Positions 1 through 12,659 of a stretch of 64,000 bases of DNA are shown here, in pieces. Both the position numbers and the translations under genes were made by a program. The stretch is from Raillietiella orientalis (Eukaryota). Each line of letters starts with the position of its first letter. Position 1 is the stretch's first letter. The DNA lies in assembly GCA_036172245.1 (NCBI GenBank), contig JAYWIR010000089.1, positions 124,001 through 188,000 of the forward strand, read 5' to 3'. The notes under the pieces were generated by a model. It did not search any database and had not been told where the DNA came from. It was given only the letters and a program-made list of their open reading frames with translations.

Positions 1-379
1 GCTTCGAAGTATGAAACGCGGATGCGCAGCGTCATTTATCATTCAAATCTTCAGGATACAAATTTTATAACATACCCTTCCAAGTATGTTCAGGCGCAAC
101 ACGTGGTTGCGGCTGTTTGGAAGCATTTTCCACTGCCGGCCCGCAGATCGGTGAAATCCCTGCTCTTGGCGATGAGGAAGGGTAAATCCTCTTCCCTACC
201 AAGAAGAAATTAAAGAAAGACAAGAAGGGAGGGAGACGTTTTTGTCGGAATGGACGGAAGGAAAGCGACCACCGTTCGCCTCGATTAGTTTTCTGCATGC
301 GATTCTGAATGCGCACAAGTGCTGATCAAAAGGTCCCTTAACGGCGCCATCGGAATGCGTTCCTCATGTTGATTGCAGA

Positions 380-2070
380 GCAGTGAATGAGGTTCCGGCT
401 GTTTTCCAGCCGGGTGTGCAGAAGCGTATATTCGAAAACTATCCCACAAAAGGAGCTCCCTGCGGAGGGTACCAAAGAACGAAAGAAGGGAGACTTAATA
501 TGAAGATCGAAAAAACTGAAAGTGCAAAACGGGCAGGAAGGGATAGCAAATGAGTATATGAAAAATAGAAATAAAAGAATTGGGGTGTTGCGAACAGGGA
601 ACCTTGCCATAGGACATTTCTTTGTTCTAAACGGACGTTGGAAGTCGGATATCTGCATGCAAACGTCCTCTCGAAGAAGAAGCCACCTGGCAGATATCGT
701 CATGTTCTCGTCGTCTGAGCTGTTGGCCTTTTGCTAAACTGCCTACGATTCCATCCGACAGCAGCAGGTGAGGATGGTGAGCATGCAAGAGATCGTTGCG
801 ATCACTGCACCTAACGATACGCCGCCTGACGCGAAAAAGAAGAGCATTAATATCCTTGCGGTGTTCCTTTGGTGAAAGAGCGTTGCATTCACCTTCCGCC
901 ACAGTCCTTGTAGGACACCGCAGTCCAAGATCGCTGCGGGTGGTTTTCAGCTTTTCCGTGCCGTCCACAATTCGCAGAAGGAATTTCGCCAGACAGGTTG
1001 TTTCGGCACTTGAGATGGAAGCTCCAGCACACTAGCAAGAGCAGGTCCTGTGTCCTATGCAAGATGGGCACTAAAGTGATCGCGAACGAAGTTGAGACCG
1101 CAAGTTCTTCCCCAGCAACACAAAGGAATTCCCCGAAGCGGACCTCTAGCAATATTGACAAGCGTGGCGCCGTCTGCAGGCTCCCTCGTCCCCCAGCAGC
1201 ATTTGAGTATGGTTGCGCCTGCAATCGCGCACGCAACCTTCCACCTTGCCGGTAGGCTACAATCCTTTCTTGCCCTTCGGAAAGACAACGCAGCGAAGAG
1301 GAACGTGGCCGCTCGATAGGTCGACTGGCTTCGCATCCAATCATCCAATGTAGGATCAAGGAGATGGTACATGTGACTCCTATCGATCAGAGACAGGATA
1401 TGAAGCGTTGTCCAGGAATATAAGGCTTCCTGCCGCCAGGCGTTGAAGTAGGTAGAGCAGCAGGAGATCCAAATGTGAGCTCACACGTGTCCGTAGAGTA
1501 GCCTCAAAGGAAATCAAAAATTACTCGTGGCGCTTTCGGCGTGTGGAAGTAATGAAAAAAGTCCGTCGGTTCCGGTGCTGCACCGCAGTACAAGGCGCAC
1601 GGGAGCACCAGGCTCTCGTCCAAAGTTCAGCACAAAGTGCAGAACGGAGCATGCACAAGGTCCCACTTGAATGTTGCGATCATGGAACTGGTATCCCAAC
1701 GCGAAGACCCGAATTTCTTGAGGTGGATTGTCGCTGATCCTCACGTAGCTTTACCCAACAGGAGAACTGCTTGGACTTTGACATAGTTTGAAGGCGAGCA
1801 AGCAAAACGAGCAGAGTGAAGAAAGGGCTATAAAGAAGTTCGAAACAGAGGCATGCTTGGACAGGGCAAACCGCCAGCTTGGACTGGGTCCGAGACACCT
1901 GCTGACTTTCGAAGGAAGTCTCATCACACTTGCATTGGAATAATGTCATCAGGCACAGCGTAAGTGTATTACAACCAACTGTGGACGAAATGCCCTGACG
2001 GAACCAGTGGGACTGCCCATCCTACTCCGCACCGTTAGAAACCACCGCACTCTTCCTCCTATTTACGCCC
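380..2070 (-). mobile_element. Decayed L1/Tx1-like LINE ORF2 3' part (post-RT, zf-RVT-like) with T-rich 3' UTR
   Basis: GQSHWFRQG (cf. GQSEWIRLG in sister copies), FNAWRQE, LPARWK, degenerate NCGRHGKAENH zinc motif; collinear with 15500-17224; many frameshifts. Confidence 0.75.
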
Positions 2071-3779
2071 ACGCTAGCCATTCGACGGTTCGGCTGCAAG
2101 GAATCCTCCAGACTGGAGGCAGGGTGGAAGGTGGTGTTGAAGAATAAGCAGTCCTTCGAAATGAACCGCTGTAGACAGAGTAATTGTACAAGAGCTGCGA
2201 AGGCTGGCCGGCGTCAGCCCATACATCAGGACGTGTTTGAGCGTATCTCCGGAGTGTACAATTCGAAATGGTATGGAAAAATTTTCTTTGACCACTTGTG
2301 ATTTTTTTGCCGGTTCCCAATGCTTTAGACGCCCTCTAGTTCCATGTGGAAAATTAGTGTGGCACGTTAGGTAATGTTGCCAATATACGGATTGTCCTCT
2401 GGTCGATAACAACTTCTATTATTTAACTCGAGAACTTTTGGTTGGCCACGGTCAGAGTTCCTGCCTGCTCCCATCAAGATCCTCCCCACATCCAATTGCC
2501 TTTGTTTTTTGCACATTTTTCAATGTCTGATGGTTGCCAAAACAAAAGATTCTGTGCCACACGAACAATTACCCACAATGGTTGCCATATCAGTGCATTT
2601 GTGCAAATTTTCCAAGTTCGTGGATCGTCGATGTGACATGTTCTTACGAGGTCTGCACAGCTCGCTAAGCACGTGAATCCGTGTCTGTAATGCGCTTATA
2701 CACTGTTAGTGTATACAGGAGAATTGATGCGCTCTCTCGTAATCGGAAAACTTTTTTAACCATGTCGAGAACGCCCTCGATCGCGTGTGTAATACTAAAA
2801 ATTTCGCAGTAATTATTAAGGTCCTCGAATTACTTGTTATCCGATATACGTTTGTGTGTCTGATGACACGTTCAGTATGGAAAGTTTGAAAGAGCATTCG
2901 AAGCATACTTTGCTAGACTCCGACTGATGTCTATACCAATGTGGTTTCCACCCACGAACATGCTCAAGTGCGATTGAAGGATGCACGTTTCCATCCTCAG
3001 CTGAAATAAGCTACAATCTCTTCAGAACCCTGAAGCGCCATAGCTCACTCAGCCATGTAGCAACCTTTGAAATTACTTTTCACTCTTGTAATGAATGCAA
3101 CTTGACTGCAGGCCTTCTGAAATATTCTCCTGCTTCCCATAAGGTCCCTCAATCCACTCCAACATTGAAACTTCCGCCCTCCTCTGAAAAAGTGAAAATT
3201 TCCCAGTAAGTGAGATTCCTCTAGATCTTACTTCCAACGTTTCCCCGTGAAGCATAATCAAGTCGTGCATGGCACTTCATAGTTTCAGAAACTATCCGAG
3301 TTTGTACTTCTTGAAGAGGAAGCAGGCTCAAGTCATTCAGCGTATTTTGAACATCCGAGGAACGATATCCCACTGAAATCCTTAGATAACGCAAACTTTC
3401 CCAATCTTCGCAAATAGCCTCATTCATCACCTCGAGCGACGTCCACTGACAGCCTCCTCTAACGCCTCCGCCATGCGATGTGAGAACATCTCCGGAGCAA
3501 TCTGTTAAAATATTTCTTTAAAACGAAGATACGTTTTTAGTTTTCACGTTGTGTGCACAACACAAACTCTCGATGCAACCTAATAGGAAGTGGCACACAC
3601 CCTATAGATACTACACACGCGTACACACTTCGTCCTTAGTTCTTACACTCCGATCATCACGGCTCTTCTTACACAATCGACATCGAATGACACTTGGTAA
3701 TGTGCACAGGACACCCTCTACGAAATTACGAATAACATAACTTCGGGATTCCACATGCGCGCGTCTAACCGTTCCGGTA

Positions 3780-5340
3780 GGTATACATCATCCAATGCGT
3801 TTCGCCTTACCAGTCCCAAAGTAATCTCATAACGTCTCTGTAGATACTGCAGACCGGCATCCGAAGGGTCGACGCAGAAACCTCCCACAAAGGCTGGAGT
3901 GCAGAGCAGTCCACTAGAAGGTGGAGCAGGGATTCCTTTTCCCCGCACACTGCACTGTTCGGTCTCACCGTCTCCTGCGTCCAGAGGAGGTGGCGTGCGT
4001 TGTAGGGAAAGCCCCAGTGAAACAACAACAGTACAGTTCGATGAGTGTCTCAACACCGGAGGCCACATCAGGTCATCCGCGAAGATGCCTAGCAGCTCGC
4101 CTTATTTCAGAAGTCTTTGCGGAAGGAAGGACAGGGTCCTGGCGTGTGCCAGCTGTCCCGTTGTATGACCGCTCACAATCTTATTTCTGCCTGCGACGAG
4201 AGAGGAGACTTGCGAACTTCCCCTGCGGCTGCAAATAAGTCCTCTATTATGAAAGGGCAGCGCCGCAGCTTGAGAGCTCTTCTCTGCCCTCGTGCTTCGG
4301 GCCGGACACTCTAGTATCTCCAGCAGAGGGAAGCGGGCGTGAGGTTCGAAAGGCAGGCGATTGCACGTCACGTGGTTCTTTTCATTTATGGTCACCCTCG
4401 TGGCAAAAGTTTCTTGCGGCCATGCGCTGGTGTCATCGAGGCTGCATACCATCCACCCTGTCTCCTTAGTCAAGGTGCCTATGCGTTCAAAGAGAAGGCG
4501 GCAACTTCTTATCTTCTTGTCGCGACATAAAAGATGAGATGCAAGACCTCGAGTGCGGGATAAACGGCTGGGGAGGTGTCCGTTTGGGGCGCACCAAGAG
4601 GTGCTCCAACACTTCGCTGCGATGGCCATGGTTCTCCATCGCAGGTAAATTTCCATCCACTGCAGCATTAGGAGGCTAAAACCGCCATCTTGGATCGGGG
4701 CACACAAGTACTTTAAGGAGACTCGAAGCCATCACTTTGCACAGAAGATGCAAATCGCCGGAGGTTCTTTTTCCTCTTTTTAATCTCTACCAGGACGAGA
4801 CAAACGAAAAGCATGGGATGAAGGAGGAGTGTCTCACACGCGTTCCACACCTCGGCCCGTTCCGGGAAGTGAAACAACCTTTCGAGGAACGAGCCGATAG
4901 TTAACACCACTTTCTGGGAACGACTGACCAGGCCTCCGACGAGAGGAAATCTCCGATAGGAACCCCAAGGTACTTCATGTACACCCCCGTGGGGATGTCC
5001 AGGCGGATCTAGCCAGGTCGACCTGGCGACGTTACTCCAACGGCTACCATTTGCGACATCACCTTCTTAACCCGCGATACTGTCGTGCCGTTCAGCAAGT
5101 CGAAACATTTCTCGACTGCGGAGCTTGGATCGGACATGGACAGCGGAAACAGTTGATGGTCAGGATGCGCAGACACATCCGTCGTACCGGGGCACGATCT
5201 CGGCCATGTAGCCAGAACCTCTCTGTACGCGCTCGACACCAGTTGAAAATGCTAAACAGCAGGGGACTTAGGCAATCGCCTGCCTGATTCCGCTCTGAGC
5301 GGCACGCCGTACACGCTTTTTCGTGTGGAAATAACGTGAA
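3780..5340 (-). mobile_element. Decayed L1/Tx1-like LINE ORF2 (RT C-half to zf-RVT)
   Basis: QAGDCLSPLLFS (RT QG-x-LSP motif), KYLGVP, FHWGFPYNAR...AVCGEKESLLHLLVDC. Confidence 0.85.
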
Positions 5341-5399
5341 TTTACGCATGGCAGGAGCAGCAGAGCTGGAAGGCCCTGAAGGCGGTCGAGAATCCCGAT

Positions 5400-6030
5400 T
5401 GAGTTTGGACGACCTGCTCGCCATAACTCCGAAAGATTGAAGCAGCTCTCAGGGCTATGGGCAGTTGGCACTCTCCTCTTGGTTTGTCAGAAGAAGGCTC
5501 TGCATATGTTGCAGTGGGCACTCCTTTGAGCAGCACGCCTCTCCCACTGGACACTGGGTGGCGTGCATGTTTATTGTGCGGGATGCAGGAAGAGCCAATC
5601 CTTCCCCCACCTAAGCAACGAGTTCGTCACCCTCCGCCTCATTTGGATTCGAAGATCGTTGATTTTAAACATTCAATTGGGCGACTAGAGAAACATTTTT
5701 CTATGCTCCCACATGGAGCACTCCCGTCCATCAGCCGCGTGTGCTGCAGTTGGTTGCCGAAAACAAGGAATTCTGGACAACGGGACTGTGTCCAGGAGGG
5801 GCCGCAGCAGCCGGAACACTATTCACTGGATAGCCATCTCGATGGGGAAGACTTTCCAATAACGGTGACTTCGAATCCTAAGACCTGCATTTGTCCGCAT
5901 TACAGCTGGTTGTAGAGGACCATGCGCGATTAGCAGTGATTGCTTCCCATCCCTCTCCTTCCCAGAAAACATTGCCTTTCCTTCTGTTTCTTATTTGTTT
6001 GCTTCTTTGTTTGTGGTTTTCCCATTTCAT
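5400..6030 (+). mobile_element. LINE ORF2 3'-end remnant (zf-RVT-like) with T-rich 3' UTR
   Basis: LHMLQWALL*AARLSHWT and ACLLCGMQEE parallel LLLLH*GLPCNARRHHWT...CAVCGEKE of the neighbouring copy; pyrimidine/T tract 5950-6030. Confidence 0.6.
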
Positions 6031-6399
6031 GCTCGTGGATAGAAAATCTCACCGGACTTTGGATCGGTAGAGAAAATTGCTCCAAGAAAGGCGGAACCGC
6101 GTGTTATGACACTAAATGTATACGGGGAGTTGATTTTAGAATTTCGACCTTTTCAAATTTTCCAGAGAAATATCCTAGTGGAAAACCAAGAACGATCGTC
6201 AGCGGTGGAGAGAGATACGGGGAATCTCAAAATGCTACTGTCGGTTTCGTTCAGCCCTGTGCTCACTGCCTCATCTCCAGACCAGTACCCAAGAGCGATC
6301 AGCTTTTAACGACGCAAGATAGCAATGTTAAGAAAAGCAGGAAACTGCTCCGCGAATGCGGGTGCGCCACTCCAACGAATGGGCGGAGACGACCCCAAT

Positions 6400-7295
6400 G
6401 GCCACGGCGCTACCCCTCCTACGGAGGGCGCTCCAAAATATTCGGAAGCCGAGATGGCAAGTCTCCTGCCGGATAGCGCGCAAAGAGAAGGATGGACCAT
6501 GGGTGGACCATGAGGGAACTGGCTGACGCCGCGACCCCAAGAGTTCACCCGCATGGACTACGGAGATGGGGCGAGCTGCTTGGCATCCCGACGGATGACC
6601 TAGAGTGGCCCCCGTCATTCATTGATTCATCAATCCTCCCCCTAAAGTGGCAGGAAACGGCGCTGTTGTTGTTGCACTGAGGTCTTCCCTGCAACGCGCG
6701 CCGCCACCACTGGACGTGGGGGAATGTTGAACAGAACTGTGCAGTGTGCGGGGAAAAGGAATCCCTCCCCCATCTGTTAGTGGACTGCACTTCCCTCCGG
6801 CCCTTGTGGGAACGTTTTGCTACGAACCTTTCAATGCCGGTAGGCAGCACCCCCAGAGACGTTATGCGACTCCTCTTCGTGCGACACGCCTTGACAGCAG
6901 CCTCAGCCCTGGCTGCACTTTGCTGCTTCCGAGGGATTGTGGCCGCGTGGAGCGCAGCCAACAGAGGAAGCAGCGACAGGGATCCCATCGTACACGCTGG
7001 TCGACACCTGCGAATCGCGATCGGCTGGTCCCATCTGGGAACAATGAAGAGGGACCTCGAGGGCATCCTCGAAAGGATGGTCTCTTCCTCCCTCGGGCTG
7101 GGATCCCTTCCCGGCCCTCCAAATAGTTTCTTTTCGTTTATTTCTTCTATTTTTCTTTTCGTTTTTACCCTGTACCCCCTCCGCTGCCGAGGAGAGTCAA
7201 GCCGGCCTGCCAGCCGGCTTCCCGGCAGGTCCAAAGAACTATTGGCCGCAGCGGGGCCTAGTACCGCGAAAGCAAAGTGTTTAGGAATAAACGCC
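6400..7295 (+). mobile_element. LINE ORF2 3'-end remnant (zf-RVT) with 3' UTR and AATAAA
   Basis: CAVCGEKESLPHLLVDC, T-rich tract ~7127-7167, hairpin 7199-7220, aataaa at 7286-7291. Confidence 0.85.
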
Positions 7296-7559
7296 CCGGC
7301 GTGACCGGGTGAGAACTCCAACGTATGTTACCCTGGAGGGCAGTTCTCGCAATTGCCCTGCGGGAGGGACAGTGGCATCTCTCCCTTCGAATGTCAGCTG
7401 CAGAAGTCGCAAGTGCTGCAGTGGCGAATTCCATGCAGGATACGGCTTCGCCGGACCACGCTGGGTTCTTCGGATGTCCATTCTGATAGGTAGAACAACA
7501 AAACGACTTTCTCGCACCTACCAAAGTGCTATTCCTTCTGCCTCCTTGCGAGTTGTCCC

Positions 7560-10500
7560 CTTGCCTTTCATGGAAACTCCACTTTGCTGTGCCAAATACA
7601 GTCGCTAACGCTACATTGCTCTTGATGCATTGGCCGTTGCGGTGCCATTTGCGGTGCTATGCAGGCATCTTGGAATCGTGGCAGCGTCGCTGCCCGGAGC
7701 AATCTGACTTCCAAGATCTTTACAGAAGCCATTCGCTAACCGACAATGTGTTTAAAGATTGCCTCTGGAAGATCTCGCCTGTGCGATACAGTCTTCTGCA
7801 ACGCAATTATTACCATTTTTTGATGTTTGCCAAAGTGGAGGTAGTTCATTCGTTCTTCTAAAACATATGCCGTGCAACACATATGCCGTGCTTTCCGTCG
7901 TTGCGAAGGAATTTGCAGAGGCATTTTAATGATTAACTCCGTTGATTGGTCGAAATTTGTATCCTGATTTCATAAGAGTTTAAGGTTTTAGAAAGTGGTC
8001 ACTGGTAACTACGAAAAAGACATCCTTGCTGAAGTGATTCGGGAGGTCTGTTCGTTTCTGGAATCATAACCCCATACACACGTTTTTGATACGTGAGTGC
8101 ACGGCATTCCTGTTGGAATCCATCAGTTTCCGGAATTTGCTTCTCTACTCATTGATCGTGTGCTTCAGGAAGTCTCAAGAACAGACCTGCTGTTCTATGA
8201 ACAAGAAAGTAAACCGATTAAAGAATTCGCGACCGCATGAAGGAGCTGCATCTCTGCTCAGCACCTGAAAAAATTGCCCCTCAATTGCTGAAAGAATTCA
8301 AAAAGATTATTCCGGCAAATTCAGCTGAGAGCATTCGCAGCAGCCATAGCTGATCAACTTTGATTTTTAGATCGGGAAAGCAATTATTATTATCTGTTCG
8401 GCTCTTGAAACAACAACAAGCTCCAATGGACCCCTTTTTCCAGCAAATTAGCACAGCATGTGCACAGTAGGGCGAAAAACCAACAGCGCCTTCCAACAAG
8501 TGAATATGTTAATGCAAATGAAAATCAATTTTGAAGCATTCCTTCGTGCTCAGCGCACGTGACAGGGAACATGTGCTTCGCATCTACGAAAATCACGCAT
8601 GTTGTGCTTTCGAAGACTCCCATACAAGTGACGCAAGCATCTCGTGGTATCTGCATTTATGGTCTGCTGCCTGCGCTTCTTGCAGCATTTGTAAAACCAG
8701 CAACTCTGGATAACTTTTGATGCAGGTACGTTCCGCTTTCGCAGTTGAGGTAACGTTTCCTGGTGTGGCGAAGACTCCAGTGAATAGCAAACAGGAATAA
8801 AGGAGAACCTGCAAGCGATGACAATTCCAAGGATGAGTATGGTGAGAATTTTTGCCGCCTCTCAAGCGTCAGCCAAGCAAGCTGTAAGAGAAAGCCCAAC
8901 GGTTGCTTTGGAGATGCACCCGAATGGTGTCGAGTGACGGCTTTGCTTAGTCGCAATCAACTCGAGGCGGAGAACGGTCAGCAAATTGAGTTTTAGAATA
9001 ACTCTGCAGTCAGCGGATCGTCGCTCCGATTTGCTCATTTCCTTGCAACTGGCCACTTCCGCTCATGGAAATACCGTTTTCCTTATCTGTACATTAGTCC
9101 GCGAAAAACGTACAGCGTAGAGTCCCCTATGCGGCGAGTTCTGTGCTAATTTCTGTTTACGTGCATAACTTGGAAGTGCAGTTTCATAAAGAAACGCTTC
9201 CTCGTTTTCTGATCATACGATGGCAAGTGTATTGAGATGGCGCTAGGATATACTTTCCCTGTAATACGAAGTGAGTGGCAGAGGGTTGAGGTACGAGACG
9301 TGTGGATCGGACATGTAATGGCATTGCTGAACAGAATAGCCTCCGGGAGAACGCAAGCATTCCGACAATATTGCGTAGGGAGTTTCGAATTCTGAAAGAA
9401 GGAACCAATCGTCTTATGTGGAATGGTTTTGTTCTTTTATCGCAGCACCATCGGCCAACTATTCCTCCGTCTGTGAGTCATAGGAAAGACTATGATTGAC
9501 ATTTGCAGTTTCCGTTGGTCATTCGTGCTAGGTTTCCACGCATCGTAAATGTTGTGCTGCTTTAAAAATTTCAAGTTTCAGAGGCTGCTGCTGGTGGTAG
9601 CTTTTTTCATCGAAAGCAACCTGGGAGCTCTGGAGTTCTTTTCACTCCGTTCTACGGAATTCGCCCTTGAGTTTCAAAATATCCTAGGAGAATGTTCGTT
9701 CGTTTTTGAGACTGCCAACGACGTGAGTCAAGACATACATCCAATCTGCAAGCAAGGATGGGGACCAAATGAATTGCCACCACCACATGAAACACCTTGT
9801 TCGGTACGCGTGGAAGTAAGTTCCTACTGCACTCTGGAAGTTTTAAAATGATTTTCTTAGTCTGCGGGAAACTCTGATGAATCTGTGCTTGTAGACATTT
9901 CAGGGGGTGAGAAGACTTGTGGCTGCGAATTCCACCCTGATCCCAGGTAAAGTAGCGTCTTGCTGCAGCATTCGAGCAGCTAGCGTCAAAGAAGCATTCA
10001 AGATGCACGAAAGTCTTTTCTCGTTGGAGACCGACGGCTGAGATTAGCACTCTAAAGCTGCGCTATCAAGCGTGCAGTGGAACGTATGAAAACGTTTCAA
10101 TAAGTAAATATCGAGTAACAGTTTTTTGAAAATTCAAATCTCTGAATCGGAGGAGCCGTTTTCTATGCCCAATAGGATCCACATAAGGAGATGCGTCTCC
10201 AATTCTGAATTGCATTGCCGCCGATTTTGACTGCAGCTATGTTTCAGACTCCCTGGCCAAGAAAATGAAAAACTGATACTGCAGACTCCATTCGTTGCAA
10301 ATTGCACGTTTCCAGAAAACACCGATTGCTGGCTGGAATTTCAAGAAGTTACCGAATCAAAATGATGGAAACAAAGTGCTCAATTTGTTTCACATGTTTG
10401 CTAAAATGAAGCTATTAACCTCTTGTTCTTTGGTTTTATTGAAAGGGTGGGCATTGGCACAAATGTCTGCTGACTTTATGGCATGACGGGCGTTTCATAT

Positions 10501-12650
10501 CGATCCAAATAACTGGACATAAGCTGAATTTCCTTTTTCTCATGTGTTTTCGCAAGAGGAAGGTCGGTTCATACTTTGAAAGAGAGGTCAGTACAGCTGA
10601 TCTCTCCAAGATGACATGAAGAACAGATTCGCGACTCCCGGTGTGACGCCAATGAAATGCTGTGATGAAGATCTCGAAGGAGTTGGGTGGATACTTCGGA
10701 CATGCGTTTGTAGGAGTGCCTTCATAGCATAAGGAAAATGGAATAATGGACGCGTAATCGGGAAGAAATACATTGATGGTTGGCAATTCACGAACAAAGA
10801 AATTGGGCGTTTTCTAATTTCATTGACTATAAGGACATTCGTACCTCTGCGCTAGAGCTGATAAGCACGCATCCTTACTGTGCCCCCAGAGGGATGTCGA
10901 CCACATTGAATGGTACCTTGACCGTATAGAAGAACTTGATTTTTCCCTTCCTGGTTTGTTAGATAGCAAAGGTAAGGAAAATTTTGATATCATCCAACAG
11001 CCTCCCAGGCCACAAGCAAGTTAACAAACGAGCAACTTTTTCCTCAGATCTCTGGGCTTTCGCTTCCTTTGCACAAACTGCAAGACCGCCTGCTCATGAT
11101 CTCAGAACGACGAAGCGCTCACTTCAAATTGAAAACCTCCCTGTAAATAACCAGACGGTTCAAAAATAGTCCGAGATGAGATTTCCCACTTCTCTGGCGT
11201 TTGTCACTTAATTTCATTGGAACCATCAACGTTGAATGTATTTAGTAAATAAAGTGTCGAGCCATTTCAAATGAAAATCGATCTTTCTCAGTTGAATGGA
11301 AGTGTAAGTCCGTAGAAGCTTGTTTGAAAAGGCATTTTCCGCAAGAAAATAATCCACAGAAATCTTCGCAAGGGAAAAAAAAAATAGAGTTTGCGAAAGA
11401 AGTCAAATGACCAACTTCTCGTTGTAACATTCTCGCAAATTACTCAGGATTCTACTTGCAAGCAGCGTATGCATTGGCATCATTCGTCTTCAGCATAATG
11501 AAGACATCAATGGATGTTTTTCTACTTGCAAACCCTCGATGTGTCCACTCAAACAGCGGATACTTTGGCTGAAGACCACTGCCGTTGTTACCGTGGCAAC
11601 CAATGCCGCTTCACGCAAGATGAGCCCTGACAGCTGGTGCCTCCGGATACCATGTTGGAATCGCAAAGGTTTCCGCACGTTCTTGAGAACGACATATTTT
11701 GATTAAATAAGAAAGGAAGATTTCATTTTGAAGTTGGAAGCACGGTGGGAAGCTGAACATTTCCGTACTAGAATTGGGTGTAGAGCGTCTCTTTCGAAGA
11801 TCGACAGCGCGAAAATGCACGTCCTCCTTTACATGGTTCCAGGCGGAACACTGATGCGTTCGAAAGATTAATTGACGACTTTCGATGTCAATTTCTGAAC
11901 AAGATTAGCGACAGTGTTCCACAAAGACTTGGAATCTGTGTACTCAAATCTGGTGTACAAAGCAAACCCATCCGAAAGGGCTTCCGGATCTTCGTTTCTT
12001 ACACCGTGTGTGAGACGTTCAATATTCGCTCGAATAGTGCCGTGCTTCCGTTATCTCAGGGTGCAATCGGTCTTTCTACGTTCGTCCATGTGCTGAAGAG
12101 GAACGATTTGGATACCATACTTCATGAACGAACAGCGCAGGACTGCGGACGTATCCCTGATGCTCCTCTTTTCGTCATCCAGTCAGTCGGCAGCCTGTCA
12201 ACGTACATGGCTTGCGCGGTTATCCGTAGCAATGAGCTTTCGTAGCCACATTGGAGTGAGAACTCCTTCTTTGGAAGGAATCTAACTTTGACTTGCCGGA
12301 AGAGGTAAAGTTCTTCTCACGCGCCAGGCTCCAGCGTTTTCCACGATTTTGGAAGGAACTCATCTCCGCAGTTATGCACCGTTGATCTCCGCAGGCAGCA
12401 TCCGGTTTCCTTAAGTTCTTTTCAAGAGTCGTTCCTTAGTTTTCCTTTCAGAACTATGTGCCAGTTTCAACTCATTAGTCGCGACTCTCCACTTCCATTT
12501 GAACAGTGTGAGAACTTCATCACTGCAAAGATATCAGCTTCCAACAAAACCATAAGGGAAAAAGCGATTCTTTTGCAAATACGAAGGCACGAATCCCATA
12601 CCGAATGCACTAAAAATGGAAGCAAATACAGTGAGGACAGCAAGGAGGTT
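7560..12650 (+). pseudogene. Possible heavily decayed large non-TE protein gene (unidentified)
   Basis: Protein-like segments between stops and frameshifts: NYEKDILAEVIREVCSFLES, FPEFASLLIDRVLQEVSRTDLLFYE, RLFRQIQLRAFAAAIADQL, HIEWYLDRIEELDFSLP, FDLPEEVKFFSRARLQRFPRFWKELI. No LINE motifs; strand and identity uncertain. Confidence 0.3.
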
Positions 12651-12659
12651 ATTTGCAGT

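Noticed and set aside
7180..7275. Hammerhead ribozyme (ctgccga...cgaaa)
   Set aside because: Core deviates from CUGANGA and the stems do not assemble correctly.
7863..7891. 13-bp direct repeat acatatgccgtgc
   Set aside because: Ordinary small slippage duplication.
9549..9851. KQGWGPNE as RNA-virus polymerase motif A (with VTSDH on the opposite strand near 8000 as motif C)
   Set aside because: The two look-alikes are on opposite strands and lack key catalytic residues; no ordered A-B-C motif set.
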